A stretch of DNA of 41,820 nt from Acidobacteriota bacterium. Lineage in GTDB: Bacteria > Acidobacteriota > Thermoanaerobaculia > Multivoradales > JAHEKO01. The DNA lies in assembly GCA_027296385.1 (NCBI GenBank), contig JAPUJD010000137.1:1-41820 (forward strand), given 5' to 3'. Every line of letters starts with the position of its first letter. Positions within the stretch are counted from its first letter, which is position 1. Shown here in pieces: positions 35,488 through 41,820 of this stretch. Below the pieces are notes generated by a model. It was not told the origin of the DNA. It searched no databases and saw only the letters and a program-made list of their open reading frames with translations. The translations under genes were made by a program, and so were the position numbers.

Positions 35488-36884
35488 ACGCCCGCATCCT
35501 GGTCGTCGACGACGAGCAGAGCATGCTCGAGTTCCTCGAGGTGCTCCTGCGCGAGGAGGGCTACGAGACCGCCACGGCCCGCTCGGTGGCCGAGGGCCGT
35601 GAGCGGTGGGCGGAAGGCGACTTCCACCTCGTGCTGTGCGACCTGATCATGCCCGACGGCAGTGGCCTGGAGCTGCTCGAGGAGATTCGCAGCCAGGAGT
35701 CCTCGGCCTCCGTCATCATGATGACCGCCTACACCTCGACCAAATCAGCCATCGAGGCGATGAAGCTGGGGGCCTACGACTACCTCTCCAAGCCCTTTGA
35801 CGTCGACGAGATCAAGCTCACCATCCAGAAGGCTATCGAAAAAACCGCGCTCGTAGACGAGAACGTCTACCTGCGGCGCGAGCTCGAAGGCAAGTACAAG
35901 TTCTCGAACATCATCGGCCGTAGCCGGCGGATGCAGGAGATCTTCGCCCTGGTCGAACGGGTAGCGCGAACCAGTTCCACGATCCTGCTCGAGGGCGAGA
36001 GCGGCACCGGCAAGGAGCTGATCGCGCGGGCCATCCACTACGCCGGGCCACGGGCCAAACACCGCTTTCTCAGCGTCAATTGCGGCGCGTTGCCCGAGGC
36101 TCTGCTCGAGAGCGAGCTCTTCGGGCACAAACGGGGCGCATTCACCGGCGCCATCGCCGAGAAGAAGGGTCTGTTTCAGGCGGCGCATCGCGGCACCCTG
36201 CTGCTGGACGAGGTCGGCGAGATGACCCCGCCGATGCAGGTCAAGCTCCTGCGCGCCCTACAGGAGAAGAAAATCCGTCAGGTCGGCAGCAATGTCGAGC
36301 AGCCGGTCGACGCACGCATCATCGCCGCCACCAACCGGGACCTGCGACAACTGACCCAGAGCGGCGAGTTCCGCGAGGATCTCTACTACCGGATCAACGT
36401 CATCCCCATCCGCGTGCCCCCGCTGCGCCAGCGCCGCGAGGACGTGCCTCTGCTGGTCGATTTCTTCGTCCAGAAGTACAGCCGAGAGATGGACATCGAG
36501 CCCCCGCGGGTCTCCGTCGAAGCGCTCAAGCTGCTCGAGAGCTACCTGTGGCCGGGCAACGTACGAGAGCTCGAGAATGTGATCGAGCGGGCGCTAGCCC
36601 TGACCACGAGCGACACGCTGACGTCCGAGGACATACCAACCCACCTGCTGCACCAAGGCGCAAGCACCCTGCCAACCATCGACCTGCCGGAGGAGGGGCT
36701 CGATCTCGAAGTCCACCTCGACGACATGCGAAGGGAGCTGATGGGGCAGGCGCTGGATCGCTCGAGCGGCGTTCAGACGCAGGCGGCCGAGCTCGTCGGC
36801 ATGAGTTTCCGTTCTTTCCGCTACTACGCCAAGAAGGCCGGGTTGACCAAGGACCAGCGACCGGAAGAAGTCATCGAGAGCTGA
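35484..36884 (+). CDS. pilR: Sigma54-dependent response regulator PilR (REC - AAA+ - Fis HTH)
   Basis: 466 aa. REC domain (ILVVDDE..DLIMPDG), Walker A GESGTGKE, sigma54-contact GAFTGA, and a C-terminal HTH (AAELVGMSFRSFRYYAKK). Confidence 0.92.
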   Translation: MNARILVVDDEQSMLEFLEVLLREEGYETATARSVAEGRERWAEGDFHLVLCDLIMPDGSGLELLEEIRSQESSASVIMMTAYTSTKSAIEAMKLGAYDYLSKPFDVDEIKLTIQKAIEKTALVDENVYLRRELEGKYKFSNIIGRSRRMQEIFALVERVARTSSTILLEGESGTGKELIARAIHYAGPRAKHRFLSVNCGALPEALLESELFGHKRGAFTGAIAEKKGLFQAAHRGTLLLDEVGEMTPPMQVKLLRALQEKKIRQVGSNVEQPVDARIIAATNRDLRQLTQSGEFREDLYYRINVIPIRVPPLRQRREDVPLLVDFFVQKYSREMDIEPPRVSVEALKLLESYLWPGNVRELENVIERALALTTSDTLTSEDIPTHLLHQGASTLPTIDLPEEGLDLEVHLDDMRRELMGQALDRSSGVQTQAAELVGMSFRSFRYYAKKAGLTKDQRPEEVIES

Positions 36885-38721
36885 TCGACACCCCAGGCTC
36901 GGAGTCTTGGGCCAGCTCGAGCACCGTCGACCAGAGCAGGCCATAGCCGGAAGTCGCCAGGTGCAAGCGCCCATCGCGCAGCAGCGTTGCGGCAACGTCG
37001 CGCATCGGTACCGGCAACCGCATCGCCGAGCGCTCCCGCCCGGCCAGATCGTGCAGCGTCGCCGTTCCGCCGTCCCACAGCGCCAGGATGGGTAGCGTGC
37101 CATCTCCCGTCGGTAGGACTCGCGGCGCCGCAACGGCCAGGGACTGCCACCCGCCGATCGGAGTTCGCCGCAAGCGCCCAGCGGTGGTATCGACGATCAG
37201 CGCGTGGCCAAAGACCTCGAGGGCGCGGACGGCGCCCGGAATCGATACCGCGGAGCGCTGCGACAAGTCCCACCGCCAAAGCTCGCCGCCATCGGCCAGC
37301 CAGACCGCTCCGCGCCACGGCACCGGTGCGCTCACCGGTGCGCTCACCGGCAATCGATCGACCTCTCCGTGGCGCAGGGAGACGACCTCGGTCCGGCTCT
37401 GCGCCACTACCCAGCCGTCAGCCGAGGTCACGTTCTCGATGCGCCCGGTCCCGAACCGCGCGACGCGATCCCACACCTCCGCGGCGCGGCGCCACAATCC
37501 GGCTTCGGTCGCCGCGTAGATGACGGCACCGTCAGCCGCCAGATCGAGGACCATCGGCAGGTGTGAGTCGCGGTCGAGGGTCAACCGCGCCCCCACCAGC
37601 TGATGCACTCCGTCGCTGTGCTCCGTATGGCGCACGGAGAGCGCCAGACCGTCGAGACCAGCGACGACGTCGGTCACTCGCACGCCGACCATGCCTAACG
37701 CGGACGATTCGAAGCTGTTGCCGCCGTCGAGCGAACGCCAGACTCCAGAGCCTTCGCTGCCAACGAGCACGACGTTGGGCCGCGAGGGATGAACGGCCAT
37801 CGTCGCCACCGCCAGGACCGGGCTTCGCCGCTCCCAGCTCGCCCCCTGGTCGTCGGAGCGGTAGACCCCGGCGATGGTCCCCGCCAGCAGGGCTCCGGTC
37901 GGCAAGACCTCGAAGCTAGGCGTACGCCTCTCGTCGAGCCCTTCGGTGTGACGCTGCCAACGCCTGCCACGATCGCGCGCGTTGTAGACCCAGCCACAGG
38001 TCGAGGCCCACAATTCGCCTTCGTTCACACCGGGTCGCAGGCTGAAGACCTCGGAGTCCAGGGCCATGCCCCCGAAGATGCCGTGCCAGGAACGGCCTCG
38101 GTCGTCGCTGCGGTAAGCCCGCCGCCAGGTCCCCGCGTAGAGCACGTCCGGATCATGCGGATCGACGAGCAGGCTGGTGACCTTGCCGATCGCGGGCTCG
38201 AACGCCGTCAAGTGAGCCCAGGTGCGGCCGGAGTCACGAGTCCTCCACACACCCTCACGGGTAGCGGCGAAGAGCTCGCCCGCCCGATCGGGCGCCAGGG
38301 CCAGGTCGTAGACCTGCCGGGGAGGCAAGCCGTCGTGGCGCATCTGCCACGTGCGGCCACCGTCATCCGACATGGCGACCGCTCCGTCGGCACCCCATAG
38401 CGCCCACAGCGACGCCCAGACCCGGCCTTCTCGATGAGGATCGAACTTCAGGCTGCTGACGACCCAACCGGGCAGAGCGACCCGTGCGCCGGCCGGTCGC
38501 CAGCTCGCGCCGAGATCGCCGGACTCGTAGACCTGGCCCGACGAGGTGCCCGCGAGCACGCGCTCCGGCGCGGCCGGATCGAAAGCCAGACTGCGCACGT
38601 CGGCACCGAAGAGCGGTACTGAGTGCCACCCGTCCGCCGCCAGCGGCAACGCGGCCAGCGCCAGAACCAGCAGACCGACAACCCGTGGCAGAAGTCCTGC
38701 GGGCCGCGTTGCGGGCGCCAT
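36871..38721 (-). CDS. Secreted BNR/Asp-box repeat beta-propeller protein (Ycf48/sortilin-like)
   Basis: 616 aa. Signal peptide (..LLVLALAALPLAADG). Seven Asp-box-like motifs (SGDLGASW, SDDGGRTW, TRDSGRTW, SDDRGRSW, ARDRGRRW, SDDQGASW, SLDGGNSF) in the N-terminal ~350 aa. The C-terminal half has no recognised motif. Confidence 0.8.
   Translation of the reverse strand: MAPATRPAGLLPRVVGLLVLALAALPLAADGWHSVPLFGADVRSLAFDPAAPERVLAGTSSGQVYESGDLGASWRPAGARVALPGWVVSSLKFDPHREGRVWASLWALWGADGAVAMSDDGGRTWQMRHDGLPPRQVYDLALAPDRAGELFAATREGVWRTRDSGRTWAHLTAFEPAIGKVTSLLVDPHDPDVLYAGTWRRAYRSDDRGRSWHGIFGGMALDSEVFSLRPGVNEGELWASTCGWVYNARDRGRRWQRHTEGLDERRTPSFEVLPTGALLAGTIAGVYRSDDQGASWERRSPVLAVATMAVHPSRPNVVLVGSEGSGVWRSLDGGNSFESSALGMVGVRVTDVVAGLDGLALSVRHTEHSDGVHQLVGARLTLDRDSHLPMVLDLAADGAVIYAATEAGLWRRAAEVWDRVARFGTGRIENVTSADGWVVAQSRTEVVSLRHGEVDRLPVSAPVSAPVPWRGAVWLADGGELWRWDLSQRSAVSIPGAVRALEVFGHALIVDTTAGRLRRTPIGGWQSLAVAAPRVLPTGDGTLPILALWDGGTATLHDLAGRERSAMRLPVPMRDVAATLLRDGRLHLATSGYGLLWSTVLELAQDSEPGVSISSR
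37321..37350 (-). repeat. 12-nt tandem repeat, 2.5 copies (caccggtgcgct), in frame (VSAPVSAPV)
   Basis: Read directly: 37321..37332 equals 37333..37344, followed by a partial caccgg. Confidence 0.95.
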
Positions 38722-38898
38722 GGGCCGCTAGACCAGACGGACGGCACTCGGCGCCGCCGCGCGGCTCTGTTGCCCACGACGATCGGCGTCGGCAAGAACG
38801 TCCGATGAGGACGGCACCATCATGAGAACGAGCCTAGCACGGCGCCCAGCTCAGGCGACCAGACCGTGGCAGCAGTCCTGCGGGACACCAGCCTCGAC

Positions 38899-39204
38899 TC
38901 AGTCGGCCGTCTTGGCGGAATCCGCCTTGGCGGCGGCCGGCTTCGCCTTCTTGTCTTCGGCTTTGTCGGGTGCCGCTTTGTCGTCGGCGTCGGCCGCCGA
39001 GGAATCGCCATCGTCCGACGACTTACGCCCCGCGTAGTCGGTGACGTACCAGCCCGTGCCCTTGAACTGGAAGGCCGGTGCCGAGAGCACGCGGTTCATG
39101 GGACCGCCGCACGCCTCGCAGGCCTCCGGGGGCGGATCGTTCAAGCGCTGCAGGCGCTCGATGCGCCGGCTGCAGTCCGCGCACTCGTACTCGTAGATCG
39201 GCAT
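38899..39204 (-). CDS. FmdB-family zinc-ribbon protein with long charged C-terminal tail
   Basis: 101 aa. MPIYEYECADCSRRIERLQRLNDPPPEACEACGG matches the FmdB/CxxC..CxxC signature. The tail is rich in D/K/A. Confidence 0.88.
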   Translation of the reverse strand: MPIYEYECADCSRRIERLQRLNDPPPEACEACGGPMNRVLSAPAFQFKGTGWYVTDYAGRKSSDDGDSSAADADDKAAPDKAEDKKAKPAAAKADSAKTAD

Positions 39205-39274
39205 GGTGGTCGGCTCTCTTCGGGTTACTCGACAACCCGCGCGGGTGGCGAGAGACGCTCCCCGCGGCGGAACG

Positions 39275-39294
39275 CCGAATGCTACAGCATTCGG
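39275..39294. terminator. Perfect 8-bp AT-containing hairpin CCGAATGC-TACA-GCATTCGG between the DUF4388 gene and fmdB
   Basis: Read directly. The hairpin lies 82 nt downstream of the DUF4388 gene stop on the minus strand and has no U-tract. Confidence 0.3.
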
Positions 39295-39375
39295 TCGTCG
39301 ATAGCCCGAAGACGAACCAGCACCCCAGCACCAAGGCCTGGGCGCCGCCGCAGCCTGTCGTGCCGCGACACCCTA

Positions 39376-40179
39376 CTACGCAGCAGAGTCGTCGGACCGG
39401 CGGAAGGCCCGGATCGAGACGGGAGCGGCCTCCGAGTCCCGATCGTGAATCGGGCGCGCCAAGTCGAGCACGACCATGGCGTAGAGGAATTTGGCGTTGT
39501 CCTTGCCCCCCTTCGGACCGCGGGTGCAGAGCTCGTACAAGGTACGGTGGCCATCGATCAGCGATAGCAGGGCGAAGTCTTCCGCACTGAGCCCCACCTC
39601 CACCGCGTCCTCGACGGTGAAGGCGGGCTCCAGGACAGTGTCGCGGCCCCCGATGCGGGCCATGAGTTGGCGCACGTCGGTCTGGCGCTTGATGCCGTCG
39701 ATGATCACTCGTCCCAGTGGCAGTTGGATACCGATCATGTCCACGGGGTCCCAGGGGCCGAGCTTGAATTTGATACTGCCCTGCCACCAGGAAAAGAGGC
39801 TCCAGACGATGGCCTCGGTCTGGCGCTGAATCGCCTCGTGCACCTGTCCGGGGGCCATCAGGCCGCGCTCGACCAGCAACACGCCCAACCTGTAGGTCGT
39901 CTGCCGTCGCTCCCGCATGACCTGCCGGAACTGGTCCTGCGTAAGCAGTCCGACGCGCCGCAGATAGACGCCCAGGCTCGTGCCGATGTCCGACGAGCGA
40001 GCGTGCACTACATGCCCGTCGCGGATGTAGATCTCCGTCGTCACGTCGTCGCGCGCAGCCTCGAGGACTCCGGGCACCGTGAATTGGCCGACGCGAGCAA
40101 GGATCTCCGGCAACGGGGTCTCAGAGAGGTCGCCGCGATACTGAAACTGCTTGCCGTCGCTGTGGCGTTGGGGGTCCAT
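39376..40179 (-). CDS. DUF4388 (PATAN-like) domain protein with tandem MshEN/T2SSE_N-like motifs
   Basis: The track ORF 39376..40872 is trimmed to the ATG at 40179 (MDPQRHSDGKQFQYRGDLSETPLPEILARV..). An alternative ATG lies at 40209. GDLSETPLPEIL..G.L is typical of a DUF4388 N-terminus. Residues 68-120 carry two 24-residue xLGxxLxxxGLLxxxxFxxxMxxx / RLGxxLVxxGLMxxxxVxxxIxxQ motifs. Confidence 0.8.
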   Translation of the reverse strand: MDPQRHSDGKQFQYRGDLSETPLPEILARVGQFTVPGVLEAARDDVTTEIYIRDGHVVHARSSDIGTSLGVYLRRVGLLTQDQFRQVMRERRQTTYRLGVLLVERGLMAPGQVHEAIQRQTEAIVWSLFSWWQGSIKFKLGPWDPVDMIGIQLPLGRVIIDGIKRQTDVRQLMARIGGRDTVLEPAFTVEDAVEVGLSAEDFALLSLIDGHRTLYELCTRGPKGGKDNAKFLYAMVVLDLARPIHDRDSEAAPVSIRAFRRSDDSAA

Positions 40180-40272
40180 GTCAGAGTGCCCGCCGATATT
40201 TCGGCGCATCGCACAGCTCATTGTGTCACATTGCCCCGTCGATCCACAACTGAGAGAATCGCCACTGTTCTC

Positions 40273-41475
40273 ATGACCTCCGACCCGATCAGCCCTGAAG
40301 AGGCGTGGCGCGCAATCGAAGCCGACCTCGCCCCACTGCCGAGCGAGCTCGTCGGGCGACGCCGCGCCTGGCGACGGGTGCTCGCCGCCGATCTCGACGC
40401 CCGAGTCGACGTCCCCCCTCACGATATGTCGGCGATGGACGGCTACGCCGTCGCACCCGCACTGACCTCGACCACCCTCTCGGTAGCCGGCACCATAGCT
40501 GCCGGAGACAGGCCTGGTTTCAAACTCGACCCCGCGACCACGGTCAGGATCATGACTGGAGCGCCGATTCCGACCGGAGCGGATCGGGTCGTCCCCATCG
40601 AGCTCACCGACGGTGGAACCGAGAGCGTAGAGCTCCTCCAGACCACAGCCTGCGGAGCCCATATCCGCCGCCGCGGCGAGGTGATTCGAAAGGGCGAGCT
40701 GCTGCTGAGAGCGGGAACCGTGATCGCGCCCGGCACTCTGGCAGCGCTGGCAACCCACGGGATCTCGTCGGTCAGGGTACATCGCTCCCCCACCGTCGCG
40801 GTGATGACGACGGGAGACGAAGTAGTGCCGCCGTCGATCCGGCCCCGGCCGGGCCAGATCCGCGACTCCCACACCGATTTTCTACTCGCCGCCGGCCACG
40901 ACCTGGGAGTCGAGTTCGATTCGCTCGGCATCGCCGCCGATACTCCCGACGCCCTCGCCGAGCGCATCTCGCGGGGCATGCGCTCGGACGTCCTCATCAT
41001 CGGCGGCGGCGTCTCGATGGGCGCCTTCGATTGGGTCGAGAGCACTCTCGACGCCTGTGGTTGCGAGCTCCTGTTCCACAACGTGTCGATCCAGCCGGGA
41101 AAGCCCCTGCTGGCAGCCCGCCACGAAGGCGGGCTCGTCTTCGGCCTGCCGGGCAACCCGAACGCGGTCATGGTCACCTTCGCGCTCTTCGTGCGTCCGG
41201 CGCTGCGCTGCCTTCTCGGCTACGAGGACGGGTTCTGGCATTCGGCCATGGAGGGGACCCTCACCGGGCCGCTGGAAGGGGCCCGAGGCCGCGATCGCTT
41301 CATCCCGGCCCGGCTCGTCGGCGGCACCGGCAGAGCTCGCCTCGAGCCGATCATGGCACAAGGCTCACACGACATGAACGCCTTCGCCCGAGCCGACGCC
41401 CTGGTGCGAGTCACAGCCGGCAGCGAGCCGCGAGCCGCAGGCGAGCCCTGTGCCTGGCAGGCGCTGGAGCCCTGA
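40273..41475 (+). CDS. moeA: Molybdopterin molybdenumtransferase MoeA
   Basis: This is the C-terminal 400 aa of track ORF 39667..41475, starting at the ATG at 40273 (MTSDPISPEEAW). Motifs SAMDGYAV, RIMTGAPIP.GAD.VV, TTGDE, GGVSMG..D and PGNP. Confidence 0.9.
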   Translation: MTSDPISPEEAWRAIEADLAPLPSELVGRRRAWRRVLAADLDARVDVPPHDMSAMDGYAVAPALTSTTLSVAGTIAAGDRPGFKLDPATTVRIMTGAPIPTGADRVVPIELTDGGTESVELLQTTACGAHIRRRGEVIRKGELLLRAGTVIAPGTLAALATHGISSVRVHRSPTVAVMTTGDEVVPPSIRPRPGQIRDSHTDFLLAAGHDLGVEFDSLGIAADTPDALAERISRGMRSDVLIIGGGVSMGAFDWVESTLDACGCELLFHNVSIQPGKPLLAARHEGGLVFGLPGNPNAVMVTFALFVRPALRCLLGYEDGFWHSAMEGTLTGPLEGARGRDRFIPARLVGGTGRARLEPIMAQGSHDMNAFARADALVRVTAGSEPRAAGEPCAWQALEP

Positions 41476-41705
41476 GCGAGGCCCCGACCTCGATCCCGGC
41501 TCAGAACTCTCGCACGTTGGCCGCCAAGTGTACGTGCCATGACGTTCGCGTCGAGGCGGTGGCCGTCTTTTCCAGAAACGGGACGCATTTGAAGTACCGC
41601 TGAGCGGCTCTGATACACCGTGCGCATGATAACAACTGGAAACAAAGACCTTAGACGCTGACGCTCGAAGAGATCCTGGAGACAGCGCTGGTTCCGACCG
41701 GCATC

Positions 41706-41810
41706 ATGGGTAGCCACATCCACCAGAAAGGAGAGTGGATGCTCGGCTATCACTACATGTCGATGGACATGGACGGCAACCGGGCGGGGGCGACGGTTGC
41801 TAGGTCTTGA
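41706..41810 (+). pseudogene. Short ORF resembling the N-terminal His/Met-rich motif of an outer-membrane beta-barrel family, terminated after 34 codons
   Basis: My own translation gives MGSHIHQKGEWMLGYHYMSMDMDGNRAGATVARS*. The frame is open from 41655. It lies in a lower-GC stretch at the window edge. The family assignment is from memory only. Confidence 0.2.
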
Positions 41811-41820
41811 AGAGGGGTAG

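Noticed and set aside
38862-38877. Good plus-strand sigma54-like match TGGCAGcagtcCTGC in the BNR/fmdB spacer.
   Set aside because: It points into the antisense strand of fmdB, with no credible plus-strand gene downstream. GG-N10-GC matches arise easily in GC-rich DNA. It would only matter if an antisense RNA to fmdB is detected.
40180-40272. Moco riboswitch upstream of moeA.
   Set aside because: The divergent intergenic region is only 93 nt. That is too short for the Moco RNA motif, and I saw no conserved helices.
1-41820. Search for CRISPR arrays, IS elements, integrases, toxin-antitoxin pairs, prophage genes and a prepilin gene.
   Set aside because: I found no direct-repeat/spacer arrays and no transposase, recombinase or reverse-transcriptase motifs. 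I found no short paired ORFs with TA-like features, and no GFTLIEL-type N-terminus in any frame I inspected. The window looks like core chromosome.

Overview
High-GC (by eye about two-thirds G+C), gene-dense chromosomal segment from a diderm bacterium. The gene content (AMIN-PilQ, DUF4388, FmdB, sigma54 PilR) is reminiscent of Acidobacteriota or Myxococcota-like lineages, but the lineage cannot be fixed from sequence alone. I support about 40 CDSs. I recognised no rRNA, tRNA, CRISPR array, transposase, integrase or phage gene, so this reads as core chromosome rather than an island. There are two type IV pilus (T4P) loci. (1) A minus-strand pilM-pilN-pilO-pilP-pilQ operon (8188 down to 2705) continues into three tightly linked lipoprotein genes with Ig-like/PKD domains (2687 down to 6). 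(2) A plus-strand pilT-pilC-pilS-pilR block (31472..36884) lacks the usual pilB and pilA. It is flanked by a convergent minus-strand trio: a BNR/Asp-box propeller, an FmdB zinc ribbon and a DUF4388 protein. Between the two loci lie housekeeping genes: rel, secF/secD/yajC/tgt, a LolA-like gene, folK, an HD dNTPase-like gene, SRPBCC, an XdhC N-domain gene, a YfcH-like gene, two solitary ABC exporters, trmB, manC, a DsbA-like gene, holB, tmk, pntAA/AB/B and moeA. The best candidates for something undescribed are: (a) the lipoprotein trio appended to pilQ, together with a lipobox-bearing PilQ and a Cys-less PilP; (b) a stand-alone DUF4388 protein carrying two tandem 24-residue MshEN-type c-di-GMP-binding motifs with the canonical 5-residue spacer, beside a pilB-less pilT locus; (c) an untracked 58-aa zinc-ribbon ORF. 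Many long ORFs in the supplied track are antisense or alternate-frame artefacts of high GC content and were rejected. All functional calls rest on motif recognition by eye, since no searches were run.
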